The notes below the pieces were generated by a model. That model saw nothing but the letters and a program-made list of their open reading frames with translations. It did no database searches and was not told the origin of the DNA. Below are positions 19,246-27,479 of a stretch of DNA of 38,603 bases, one piece after another (the stretch's first letter is position 1; the number at the start of each line of letters is the position of its first letter). This DNA is from Thermoproteota archaeon (GTDB lineage: Archaea; Korarchaeota; Korarchaeia; Korarchaeales; Korarchaeaceae): contig JAVCBY010000033.1 of NCBI GenBank assembly GCA_037917625.1, positions 1 through 38,603 on the forward strand. Direction: 5' to 3'. The translations under genes and the position numbers were made by a program.

Positions 19246-19390
19246 TCGCATCTGGGGAGCAGGTTCACAGCTATTATGTCCCTGCTCCAGAGCATCTACA
19301 CTTCACCCGCCTATACCCATTCGTGCTTAACTTTCCCCCACATATCGGGCACAGGCTTGAAGCCCCCCTAGTTTCTCTGGTATCAACAAT
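19242..19390 (-). pseudogene. tnpB: Remnant of an IS200/IS605-family tnpB 3' end (zinc ribbon + RuvC-III)
   Basis: Minus-strand translation IVDTRETRGASSLCPICGGKLSTNGYRRVKCRC, then a frameshift to SRDIIAVNLL*. This matches the TnpB pattern tS--CP-CG...C--C...RD--Aa-Nl. No start codon or N-terminal portion. Confidence 0.8.
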
Positions 19391-19412
19391 CTGAGGTTAC
19401 TACAGCTAATGC

Positions 19413-19424
19413 TAATAAACTTAA
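19413..19424 (-). promoter_or_regulatory. TATA-like element upstream of the tnpB remnant
   Basis: TTAAGTTTATTA on the minus strand, similar to AAAGTTTATA upstream of tRNA-Thr(CGT); about 25-30 nt upstream of 19390. Confidence 0.45.
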
Positions 19425-19426
19425 CA

Positions 19427-20941
19427 CTAAACGGAAGCAGCTTTCAGCCCCACGGGGCACTCAATCATGCACTTAGAGCAAAATTCATCACAAGATAGTA
19501 GAGGCCACCCATTCTTCGCTCTCTCATACTCCCTCCTGATGAAATCCTTAGATATATTATCGACGTAATCCCACCAAGGTGCCTCCCTCTCCCCGTAGAC
19601 TATCCGATCGGGATCTATGCCTAAGTCCATCGCTATCGATCTATAGATCCACCTGTTGAACGGTCTCTTGTATCCCCTCTTCAAGATCTCACTGACCTCA
19701 AAGCCCCCTAGGGAGAGAAGAGCTTGTACATAAGCCCTACCATAATGAGAAATGTTTAGCTTCCCTCTATATCCCTTCCAGAGGATGGAGAGCCTCCTCC
19801 TGAAATCAATCTCTCTGATCAGGGGAGAAAGCTCGAAGGGCGTCCCAGCTTTTGGGACGAATACGCTGAGGGTGACCTTCGCCCTCAATATGGAATTGAT
19901 CTTTCTAGCGAGCTCAGCGGATTCGATTACATCGGATTCTTGCTCAAAGGGGAGCCCTATCATGAAATAGAGTTTTATATGCCCCATCCCTACATCCCTA
20001 GCTTCTTCAGCAGCTCTAATGATCTCATCATTGTCTATCCTCTTGTTAATTATTCCCTTCAACCTATCGCTTCCCGTTTCAGGGGCTATAGTTATCATCC
20101 TTCCCCCTGTCCTCCTTATTAGATCGAGGAGCTCGCTATCCACTTGATCAGCTCTTATGGATGGGATACTTGCCCTCATCCCTCTTTCAGCTATCTCCCA
20201 AAGCGTATCCTTTATCGCTTTTGAAGAAGCTGCATCAGATCCTATTATAAAAATTTCCCTAAAGCCCAGATCCGAAGCATATTCTATAGCTTCCCTCACC
20301 TCGTTCATCGGGGCATCTAAACGCGGTCTCCAATGCCATCCTATACCGCAGAACCTGCACCCCCACCCGCATCCTCTGGATATCTCCAAGAGGAATTTAT
20401 TGAGCGTGACTCCACCCTCCAAGACCCTTATTTGGTCACGCAAGGGGCTCAAACGTGGAGTTCTATTGAACTTAGCCTTATTCTTGAGCTCATATACGAA
20501 GAACTTCGGGGGGAGGGATGCGATCCCTTCATCCTTGACCTTGAGGATCTCCTCTATGAGCACCTCAAAATCTCCTAGACCCACTGCAGAGACAAGAGGG
20601 CTTATAGGAAGTGGGTTAAAGCTAACAGCGGGTCCTCCAACTAATACAGGTTTTTTCAAACCTTCAATCATCCTCAGTAATTCTGGATACTGCCCCTCAA
20701 AATGCAAAGTTGCTAAGACTATATCGAATTCATCTAGAGGCCTACCGCTTTCCACAGAGCCATTGAGGTCGCTCACGAACCTCTCGGCCATAACGCTATC
20801 GATGGAGTTCATCAGGAAGTAGAGGATCTGATGCCCCAAGGAGCTCACAGCTACTCTGTATGGACCCGGGTAGATGATGGCGACCCTGAGCTCGAAGTCC
20901 CTAGGGTCTCTATCGTAAAATCCCCCCTCCTCAATGGGCAT
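19427..20941 (-). CDS. Radical SAM protein, B12-binding-like N-terminus (COG1032-like)
   Basis: YP--Y----SSLG, VGGP----NP-P, EISRGCGWGCRFC, SIRAD, TIAPETGS-RL---INK, KLYFMIGLP-E, FVPK--TPF motifs; C-terminal Cys cluster. Confidence 0.88.
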   Translation of the reverse strand: MPIEEGGFYDRDPRDFELRVAIIYPGPYRVAVSSLGHQILYFLMNSIDSVMAERFVSDLNGSVESGRPLDEFDIVLATLHFEGQYPELLRMIEGLKKPVLVGGPAVSFNPLPISPLVSAVGLGDFEVLIEEILKVKDEGIASLPPKFFVYELKNKAKFNRTPRLSPLRDQIRVLEGGVTLNKFLLEISRGCGWGCRFCGIGWHWRPRLDAPMNEVREAIEYASDLGFREIFIIGSDAASSKAIKDTLWEIAERGMRASIPSIRADQVDSELLDLIRRTGGRMITIAPETGSDRLKGIINKRIDNDEIIRAAEEARDVGMGHIKLYFMIGLPFEQESDVIESAELARKINSILRAKVTLSVFVPKAGTPFELSPLIREIDFRRRLSILWKGYRGKLNISHYGRAYVQALLSLGGFEVSEILKRGYKRPFNRWIYRSIAMDLGIDPDRIVYGEREAPWWDYVDNISKDFIRREYERAKNGWPLLSCDEFCSKCMIECPVGLKAASV

Positions 20942-20955
20942 GTTCCCCTCCCAAA

Positions 20956-21028
20956 TGGGCCGGGGGGGACTCGAACCCCCGACCTCCGCCTCGTAAGGGC
21001 GGCGTCATAGCCACTAGACCACCGGCCC
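20956..21028 (-). tRNA. tRNA-Val(TAC)
   Basis: GGGCCGG acceptor, CCGCC-CT-TAC-GA-GGCGG anticodon arm, GGGGG-TTCGAGT-CCCCC T arm; CCA not encoded. Confidence 0.96.
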
Positions 21029-21116
21029 TGGCGCCGGGGGAGGGATTTGAACCCTCGCGGCCCAGTGGGCCACTGGCTTAGCAGGCCAGCCCCCTACCGA
21101 GCTAGGGCACCCCGGC
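21029..21116 (-). tRNA. tRNA-Ser(GCT)
   Basis: GCCGGGG acceptor, CTGGC-CT-GCT-AA-GCCAG, long variable arm GGCCCACTGGGCC, TTCAAAT T loop, G discriminator followed by encoded CCA. Confidence 0.96.
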
Positions 21117-21125
21117 AATCCCCTA

Positions 21126-21911
21126 CTATTGAGTGGAGTGATTTAAAAAGTTGACCTCCGTTAGCTTACTGAACTTATCTTTGGAGATCGTCGAGAACTT
21201 AGCGCCAGGAAGATAAGGCCCAAGCCTCGGTATTAACCCCTTCGCTTGAGTTTTACGCTTGCATATGAGCATATGGGAGAGAAATGATTTCCTAATTAGG
21301 GAAACATCTCTAGAATGTCCTGCCCTATTCAATGCTCTCTTCACCTGCTTCGGAGTGGCTCTGACTATCATCAGTATCTCCCTCCCCATGTTCACCATAT
21401 CCCTTATCATGCGGACTTGCTTAGGGGATAATGAGATATAGATCCCCTTCTCGTCTATCTTCGTTACATTTATCTCCATCGACATATCGTTCATGAATCC
21501 GTAGATATTCGCTATAGCCCTAGTTGAGAGCTTCATATTATCGACGAGTTGTCTCCTCATCTCGTAGAGTGGATAGAGGCAATCTTTCCCTATAAAAGCC
21601 TTGAAATAAATACCGTAGCCTACTTCGCCCAGGTCCGTTATGAAACCTTTGAGGCTCTCACCCACTCTCGCCTCTTCAGCTCTCTTGAGCTTCCCATATG
21701 TCCTAGAGATCAGGTTCTCAGCAGCTCCCTCATCAGCTCCACTAACTCTCACCTTGACCCAGCTGTCCTCAATATCGAGATCTAGCGTTTCTATCTCGAT
21801 GCCCCTCATCAGATGCATAATCTCCCAGCCTAGTTCCTCAAGTATAGCATCGACATTCAGGTCTTCGGGTATCATCTCCTGTATTAAGAACTCCCTAGTC
21901 AAGTTAATCAT
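21126..21911 (-). CDS. DUF2110 family protein
   Basis: W--V---G-DE--A-N-----YG, G-----G-VGYG-Y, L--AGH-RD, G-I--LG-YL pattern; usual tfe neighbour. Confidence 0.72.
   Translation of the reverse strand: MINLTREFLIQEMIPEDLNVDAILEELGWEIMHLMRGIEIETLDLDIEDSWVKVRVSGADEGAAENLISRTYGKLKRAEEARVGESLKGFITDLGEVGYGIYFKAFIGKDCLYPLYEMRRQLVDNMKLSTRAIANIYGFMNDMSMEINVTKIDEKGIYISLSPKQVRMIRDMVNMGREILMIVRATPKQVKRALNRAGHSRDVSLIRKSFLSHMLICKRKTQAKGLIPRLGPYLPGAKFSTISKDKFSKLTEVNFLNHSTQ
21141..21150 (-). promoter_or_regulatory. TATA box for the tRNA-Ser/tRNA-Val unit, inside the 3' end of the upstream CDS
   Basis: CTTTTTAAAT about 25-34 nt upstream of tRNA-Ser G1. Confidence 0.55.
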
Positions 21912-22447
21912 CCTTCCAGTGTCTCAATCGCCCTATCTATGAGCTCTATCATAGAATCTATGAGCTTCACGACCTCCTCCTTATTCACGGGTTCCATCAT
22001 CGCTCCGCACACGGGACACGTGGGAGAGCCCTCTCCCATACTCCTTATTATCTCATCGAAGCTCAGCCTCGCATGAGATGGATCTGCAGCGCATACATAA
22101 TACTCCCCAGATAGATCCTCCTCCTTTCTCCTCATCAACTCACTCCTCGTATATTTCAGCCTCCTCAGGAGGAATGATTTCGCTGCATCCCTATTTATCC
22201 TCCAGTAGGATAGGTAACCTCCATTCCCGTCCTCCTTGGCTCCCAGTTGAATAACTAAGTTGAAGTCCTGCATCTGATAGAGCATGACCCTAAGGTTTGT
22301 GACGGATAGCCTGAGAGTCTCCTGTAGCTCACCCTCCTCTATTACGTCATTATTTGCGAGTTCAACGATTCTCCTGACTAGTCCGAGATCCCTACCGATC
22401 ACAGCAAGGGCAAGTATTATCAGGTCCTCGTCCCTCATACCCATCAT
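21908..22447 (-). CDS. tfe: Transcription factor E (TFE alpha)
   Basis: N-terminal winged-helix pattern (EL---L------LR--LY, Y-W), then YYVC-----H-R-SFDE...CPVCG--M zinc ribbon. Confidence 0.85.
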   Translation of the reverse strand: MMGMRDEDLIILALAVIGRDLGLVRRIVELANNDVIEEGELQETLRLSVTNLRVMLYQMQDFNLVIQLGAKEDGNGGYLSYWRINRDAAKSFLLRRLKYTRSELMRRKEEDLSGEYYVCAADPSHARLSFDEIIRSMGEGSPTCPVCGAMMEPVNKEEVVKLIDSMIELIDRAIETLEG

Positions 22448-22452
22448 CCAGT

Positions 22453-22462
22453 AAAGTTTATA
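22453..22462 (+). promoter_or_regulatory. BRE/TATA for tRNA-Thr(CGT)
   Basis: AAAGTTTATA ending 24 nt before the tRNA. Confidence 0.6.
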
Positions 22463-22485
22463 GGTGAATATTACTCTCTACTGAA

Positions 22486-22560
22486 GCCCCGGTAGCTCAG
22501 CTCGGTCAGAGCGGCCGCCTCGTAAGCGGCAGGTCGCGGGTTCGAATCCCGCCCGGGGCT
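22486..22560 (+). tRNA. tRNA-Thr(CGT)
   Basis: GCCCCGG acceptor, GCCGC-CT-CGT-AA-GCGGC, GCGGG-TTCGAAT-CCCGC; no encoded CCA. Confidence 0.96.
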
Positions 22561-22749
22561 TCACGATATATCACGCGTAAACTCAAATAAGCTTTTCTAT
22601 TGTGGGTTATGTCATGAATGCTCAAAGCATCTCAAATGGGTGCCCAAAATATAACTAAATAGAGTTAAGGGTAAATAGATTTCTTTATGATACCGTTAAA
22701 TAATAAATTCCTATATTGAAGCTATCGGAAAACTCACTAGTAGCTAGGA

Positions 22750-22823
22750 TGGGGCCGCCGGGATTTGAACCCGGGACCTCCGGCTCCCAAGGCCGGCATC
22801 CTACCTAGCTAGACCACGGCCCC
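22750..22823 (-). tRNA. tRNA-Pro(TGG)
   Basis: GGGGCCG acceptor, CCGGC-CT-TGG-GA-GCCGG, CCGGG-TTCAAAT-CCCGG; TTTATTA about 25 nt upstream; no encoded CCA. Confidence 0.96.
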
Positions 22824-22992
22824 CTGGTCTAGTCATGACCAATAATAAAGATTACTCAGGCTGGGGTCCTGTCACCGAAGATATTCATTTAAACCTCAAA
22901 TTTAATGTGAACATTCCCAATTAAATTATGAAGAATTAGAGACATAGAATCCCGCTCATGATATGAGGCACGGAGTTCTCCGAAAAAATTGA

Positions 22993-23508
22993 TTAAGGAT
23001 TGGATTTAGCTATCAGATTATCGAGGACTTTCTTGAGCTCATCATATGTGTTAGATAGGGCTTCGCTTATCACCTTCGTGTTCCCCAGTATTGGCATGAA
23101 GTTAGCATCCCCGATCCACCTGGGCACTATATGTATGTGTATGTGACCCTCGAAACCAGCGCCTGCAGCCCTACCCACGTTCATCCCTATGTTGAACCCA
23201 TCAGGTCTCATGGCCTCTTTCAAAACCCTTATGGAGATCCTCACGAGATTCATTATATCAATGAGTTCATCATCGCTTAGCTCATCGAGGTTGGCCACAT
23301 GTCTGTAGGGCGCGACCATCAGATGGCCTGGATTGTACGGATATTTGTTCATGATTATGAAGGAGCTGCTCGATCTGTGTAGTATTAGGTTCTCCCTATC
23401 GCTATTCTCCTTGGGCAATTTACAAAAAATGCACTCCTTTTCCCCCTCGCTAGCCAATAGTTTTATGTAAGGCATCCTCCAGATGGCCCAAAGCCTCCTC
23501 AAACTCAA
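22993..23508 (-). CDS. HIT family nucleotide hydrolase/phosphorylase
   Basis: LWA-WR--YI, CIFC, N-YPYNPGH-MV-P-RH, GFNIG-N-G--AGAG---HIHIHIVPRW-GD-NFM motifs. Confidence 0.93.
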   Translation of the reverse strand: MSLRRLWAIWRMPYIKLLASEGEKECIFCKLPKENSDRENLILHRSSSSFIIMNKYPYNPGHLMVAPYRHVANLDELSDDELIDIMNLVRISIRVLKEAMRPDGFNIGMNVGRAAGAGFEGHIHIHIVPRWIGDANFMPILGNTKVISEALSNTYDELKKVLDNLIAKSNP

Positions 23509-23855
23509 ACAGAACCCTCCTTCAGCCTGATTATCGCCTCAGCAAGATCTCCACGTGTCTCTATGAGGGCCTTCCTAGCTTTATCCGGATCTACACCCGC
23601 TTGAGTTGCTACTAACAACACATCCTCCTCGGATGGTGAGTAAATTTCCCTCTCCTCACTCAATCTCTCGGATCTCCCGATTATCTGGTAAATTTCCTCA
23701 CCACCTACTCTCATTAGGGAGACTTGAGGATCCCTCACGACTATAGATTCTCCACTACTCAGCTTTATCACTACCTCAGTTGCATCTATGCCTTGAACTT
23801 GAATTCCCATGCTCTTCATCATCCTATCCAGGTCCTTGGGTTTTATCCTCTTCAT
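23505..23855 (-). CDS. nac: Nascent polypeptide-associated complex protein (archaeal NAC)
   Basis: RMMK-MGI, A-EV-I, P-V, YQI-G, EEDV-LVA-QAGV----ARKAL----GDLAEAI--L motifs. Confidence 0.93.
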   Translation of the reverse strand: MKRIKPKDLDRMMKSMGIQVQGIDATEVVIKLSSGESIVVRDPQVSLMRVGGEEIYQIIGRSERLSEEREIYSPSEEDVLLVATQAGVDPDKARKALIETRGDLAEAIIRLKEGSV

Positions 23856-23914
23856 CGAGTATACACCCAAAGGTTAATCTAAAGCTTTTGCATCATAATT
23901 GGGAGCTGGTGGAT

Positions 23915-24451
23915 TTGTCGGGAGAGGTTTACGTCTGTGAGTTATGCGGGGGGACCTTCTACGGGAAACCCGTCATAGTCGATCTTGATGGCTATAAGGC
24001 ATCTCTATGCGGTAATTGTGCGAGAAAAGTCAAGGGAGTTAAGAAGAAGGATGAAAAGACGACTTTACCTCAGAAGTTAGAGGTACCTCTGGAGAGGCCT
24101 CCTCCCAGCAAACCTAAGGAAGTTAGGACCTCTAAGAGGGAGAAGATAGAGGTAGAGTTAGTTGAGGATTATGGGAGGAAGATCAGAGAAGCTAGGGAGG
24201 CTCTCGGCCTATCGATAGAGCAAGTCGCTGCAGCATTAAATATAAAGGCATCTCTTCTCAGGAATATAGAGTCTGAGAGAGTTGTTCCGAGCTTTGAAGT
24301 CGCTAGGAATATAGAGAAGCTCCTAGAGATCTCCATAGTACAGAGAAATCCTGAAAGAGCTCAAGTCACTAGCTCAACCTCTCAGCAAGTTTATAGCTCT
24401 ATCACGCTTGGGGAAGCTGTAGAGGTGAAGAGGAAGAGGAGGAAGAGGTGA
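23915..24451 (+). CDS. mbf1: Multiprotein bridging factor aMBF1 (zinc ribbon + HTH)
   Basis: CELCG...LC--C, then ELVEDYG--IR-ARE--GLS----A, IE, A--IEK-L-I, TLG motifs. Start TTG 23915 or GTG 23909. Confidence 0.88.
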   Translation: MSGEVYVCELCGGTFYGKPVIVDLDGYKASLCGNCARKVKGVKKKDEKTTLPQKLEVPLERPPPSKPKEVRTSKREKIEVELVEDYGRKIREAREALGLSIEQVAAALNIKASLLRNIESERVVPSFEVARNIEKLLEISIVQRNPERAQVTSSTSQQVYSSITLGEAVEVKRKRRKR

Positions 24452-24452
24452 T

Positions 24453-25619
24453 ATGCCGACCAACCTCCCACCCGAGGCCCAGGCTAAGTGGGAGGAATAT
24501 TCTAAAGCGAAAACCCCTGAGGAGAAGCTCCAGAAACTTAAGGAGTTCTACTCATTGATACCGAAGCACAAGGGAACGGAAAAGATGGAGAAATTCGTCA
24601 AGAGGAGGATATCTGAGCTTAAAGAGGAAATAGAGAGAAAGAAGACAGCAAAGAAGAGTAAAGGACCATCCTTAATGGTTGAGAAGAGAGGAGCAGCTCA
24701 ATTGGTCCTCATAGGGTTCACAAATTCAGGGAGGAGTACTCTACTAGCGACACTGACGAATGCAAAGCCCTCCATATCCCCGAACCCCTTCACGACTATG
24801 AGGCCTGTTGAGGGAATGATGGAGATCCATGGGACCCAGATCCAAGTAGTTGAGGCACCTCCACTCATACTAGAGGCTCAAGGTGGTCCAACAAATCTGG
24901 CAGTTGCTCTAGCGAGGAACTCAGATGTCCTAGGGATAACGGTGAGCTCTATCGAGGACCCTCTGGACTCCCTCTCCAATATATTCTCGTTCTTAGAGTC
25001 TAGGGAGATATCTTTCGAGAGACCGGCCGGTAGGGTAAGGATAAAGAGGAGCAGAGCTGCTCCTACTCTCATAATAATGAATAAGGGGAAGCTCGTTGAT
25101 TGTTCTGAGGGAGATGTGAGGGAGCTACTGCTTCAATTCGGGATAGATAGGGCTTGGGTTGAGATAGAAGGATATGTGAGGCTCGAGGATGTTGAGGACG
25201 CGATATTCGGGGAGAAGAGTTACAAACCAGCGATAATCTTCCTGACGAAATGCGATATCCTTGAGGATGAGGGTTTGATAGAGGAAGTCAAGAAGCTCTA
25301 TGGGGATAAGGTCATGGGGGTGATACCCTCCCCCACTGGACTCCCATCCAAGGATGAGCTCGGGGAGATGATACTCAAGGAACTTGGGCTCATAAGAGTA
25401 TTCACGAAATCGAAGAATGAGAGATCCCCATCGGATAAGGCAGTCATACTTCCGAGGAACTCGAGCGTAATTGATCTAGCGGAGTTCATCCACGAGTCCT
25501 TCAAGGAGAGGTTCAAGTACGCTAAGGTATGGGCGAAGAGACTCCCTTACTCCCCTATGAGAGTGGGCCCGGATTTCCTCCTCGAGGATGGGGATATAGT
25601 CGAGATAGTGGTGAGCTGA
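24453..25619 (+). CDS. DRG/OBG-family GTP-binding protein with TGS domain
   Basis: MPTNLP-EA, PKHKGTEK, GAAQ, PFTT, LIRVFTK, IH-----FKYA-VW, VG-DF-LEDGDIVEI motifs; G motifs divergent. Confidence 0.88.
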   Translation: MPTNLPPEAQAKWEEYSKAKTPEEKLQKLKEFYSLIPKHKGTEKMEKFVKRRISELKEEIERKKTAKKSKGPSLMVEKRGAAQLVLIGFTNSGRSTLLATLTNAKPSISPNPFTTMRPVEGMMEIHGTQIQVVEAPPLILEAQGGPTNLAVALARNSDVLGITVSSIEDPLDSLSNIFSFLESREISFERPAGRVRIKRSRAAPTLIIMNKGKLVDCSEGDVRELLLQFGIDRAWVEIEGYVRLEDVEDAIFGEKSYKPAIIFLTKCDILEDEGLIEEVKKLYGDKVMGVIPSPTGLPSKDELGEMILKELGLIRVFTKSKNERSPSDKAVILPRNSSVIDLAEFIHESFKERFKYAKVWAKRLPYSPMRVGPDFLLEDGDIVEIVVS

Positions 25620-26297
25620 ATGATAGAATTCGAGAAGAGAGTGGTTGCTAGGGAAGCGCTCAAATTGATAGGGGATGCGAAATTAGTGGGCCTCGGCTCC
25701 GGGTCCACAGTCGCTATTTTCGTGGAGGAGTTGGCCAAATCGGATAGAGCGAATAAAATATCCGTCATCCCATCATCTAAGCAGATAGAGGAGGTAGCTA
25801 GGGATCTGGGACTTAAGGTGATGTATCCTGATGATGAGAGGCCTGAGATAACAGTAGATGGTGCGGATGAGATAGATAGTGATTTGAACTTGCTCAAGGG
25901 AGGAGGAGGCGCTTTATTGAGGGAGAAAGTGCTAGCGTATAATAGCTCAACTTACATCATTATAGCTGACCATACGAAATTAGTGGAGAAACTTTGCTCA
26001 AAGAGAGCTCTTCCTGTCGAAGTGTTACCTTATGGAGTCTCTTGGACCCTCGATAATCTCAGGAAGAGGCTTAATTGTGATGCGGGGATCAGAATGAGGG
26101 AGCTTGCACCATTCGTGACGGATAATGGTAACTTAATAGTGGATGTATCCTGCCCCCCGATAGAGGATCCCGCTTCAATGGAGAGGGAGATAAAGGAGGT
26201 GCCAGGAGTCGTTGAAGTAGGTATATTCATCGGCCTGGCGGACTTGGTCTTAATAGCGAGGGGGAGCGAGGTCAAGGTCTTGCGGCAGGGTTTTTAA
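25620..26297 (+). CDS. rpiA: Ribose-5-phosphate isomerase A
   Basis: GLGSGST, DGADE, KGGGGALLREK, PVEV, TDNGN, PGVVE-G-F motifs. Confidence 0.97.
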   Translation: MIEFEKRVVAREALKLIGDAKLVGLGSGSTVAIFVEELAKSDRANKISVIPSSKQIEEVARDLGLKVMYPDDERPEITVDGADEIDSDLNLLKGGGGALLREKVLAYNSSTYIIIADHTKLVEKLCSKRALPVEVLPYGVSWTLDNLRKRLNCDAGIRMRELAPFVTDNGNLIVDVSCPPIEDPASMEREIKEVPGVVEVGIFIGLADLVLIARGSEVKVLRQGF

Positions 26298-26316
26298 GGG
26301 AGCGATGCCTGATCTA

Positions 26317-26637
26317 GGGGGCGGTGGGGTAGGACCGGGGGGGTAGCCGTCCCCTCAACCGGAAGGCTAATGCCGGGGTCAGCAACTCCCGGGGGCGAGT
26401 TGATGGTAGGGGATCTCCATCTCCTCCTAACTGATGAACCCCGGTCCCGGTGGACCGGCGGTGGTGATAACCCATCCGGAGGGATGGGGAATCACCTTCG
26501 CCACCGAACCGGGTCAGGCCCGGAAGGGAGCAGCCCTAAGGTGGACGTTCGGTGCTGCCGGGTAACTGGGGGAAGGGGATGGGGAGAATGGGGAAACCTG
26601 ATCCATTAACTCCACCTCGGGGGAGCCCACCGCCCCC
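26317..26637 (+). ncRNA. ffs: Archaeal SRP (7S) RNA
   Basis: Helix 8 GGGTCAGGCCCGGAAGGGAGCAGCCC; helix 6 CCCATCC-GGAG-GGATGGG; ends GGGGGCGGTGGG/CCCACCGCCCCC pair (helix 1); about 320 nt; TTTTTAA overlapping the rpiA stop upstream. Confidence 0.95.
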
Positions 26638-26657
26638 ATAAAAAAGAAGAAGGGTGT

Positions 26658-26885
26658 TTAGATAAGCTGCTTCTTGGAGCCGTCCGGTTGAACCTCGTAT
26701 ATGTGTATTATATTGACGGGGCAGGCTTGAGCAGCTTCCATGTTGCAACCGAGATCGTCCAACTCCTTCTTAACGGGGGAAGCTAGCCCATCATCCTCTA
26801 TAATCCAGTTGTCTGGGCAGAGGGATGCGCAGACACCATCAGCTATGCAGCTCTCCCTATCTTGCTCTATCAAGTACTTGGGCAT
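26658..26885 (-). CDS. fdx: Single-cluster ferredoxin (CxxDxxC type)
   Basis: CIADGVC---CP...AA-ACPV--I, resembling Pyrococcus-type ferredoxins; GGAGGTG RBS. Confidence 0.9.
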   Translation of the reverse strand: MPKYLIEQDRESCIADGVCASLCPDNWIIEDDGLASPVKKELDDLGCNMEAAQACPVNIIHIYEVQPDGSKKQLI

Positions 26886-26973
26886 AGTAGCACCTCCTCG
26901 GCTAGCTGAACTGTGAGTAGGTTTAATTTAATTTTTTACAGTGAGGGCGTGCGTATAATCCTCATAAGTGCAT

Positions 26974-27426
26974 CTATATATTGACAATCTGTCTCTCATT
27001 TATAAATTTTTTGAACTTCTCGTCTATGTTGTATATATTTTCCCTCAGAAAATCGATGAATAATTTCAGTCTCTCAGCGCTCTCCCAACTCACTCCGTGC
27101 TCTATCCAGCAGGCCTCCTCCCTAGCTCTCTCATCCTCGATCCCCAGGATCTCCCTGAAGAATTCATAGAAAATTTCCTCTTTATTTATAATGAGAATTG
27201 CAGATTTTTTCCCATTCTCCGTCAGAGTGACCTTACTGTATCTATTATAGTTAACTAAACCGGCTTTAGATAGTCTCTTTAAGGCGTCTATTACACTCGG
27301 TAATGTGACATTGAGCTCATCGGCGAGCTCCTTAACCCTAACATTCCTCCCCTTTCTCTGCAATCTATATATAGCGGTGAGATACTCCTGCAGTCCGGGA
27401 GTTATTTCAACTTGTAGCTCAGCCAT
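26974..27426 (-). CDS. DtxR/MntR family metal-dependent transcriptional regulator
   Basis: EYL-AIY-L, RVKELA--LNV--PSV---LKRL---GLV-Y--Y--V-LT--G, A-EEAC-IEH-VS motifs. Confidence 0.9.
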   Translation of the reverse strand: MAELQVEITPGLQEYLTAIYRLQRKGRNVRVKELADELNVTLPSVIDALKRLSKAGLVNYNRYSKVTLTENGKKSAILIINKEEIFYEFFREILGIEDERAREEACWIEHGVSWESAERLKLFIDFLRENIYNIDEKFKKFINERQIVNI

Positions 27427-27479
27427 CCCAAGAGTGAGGTTGACGTATAATTTTAAAGTTACCCCCGTGATCACGATCT

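Noticed and set aside
19170-19394. 74-aa plus-strand ORF
   Set aside because: Antisense to the tnpB remnant and RNA scaffold; no RBS or recognisable motif.
20157-20822. Long antisense ORFs (this one, 30420-31013, 17424-17924, 9853-10293 and others)
   Set aside because: Ser/Leu/Ile/Pro-rich mirrors of well-supported genes on the opposite strand.
22561-22749. AT-rich gap between convergent tRNA-Thr and tRNA-Pro as a possible integration scar
   Set aside because: No duplicated tRNA 3' end, integrase fragment or repeats visible.
22809-22832. Inverted repeat CTAGACCA/TGGTCTAG between the tRNA-Pro D-arm region and its upstream flank
   Set aside because: Only 8 bp, and the TATA position implies most of the flank is not transcribed; the tRNA is complete, not split or permuted.
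22853-22985. Box C/D-like words between tRNA-Pro and the HIT gene on both strands
   Set aside because: Spacing is non-canonical, there is no terminal stem, and such words are expected in AT-rich DNA.
26370-26748. ORFs 26370-26609(+) and 26536-26748(-)
   Set aside because: They overlap the SRP RNA and ferredoxin; GC-rich structural RNA yields spurious ORFs.
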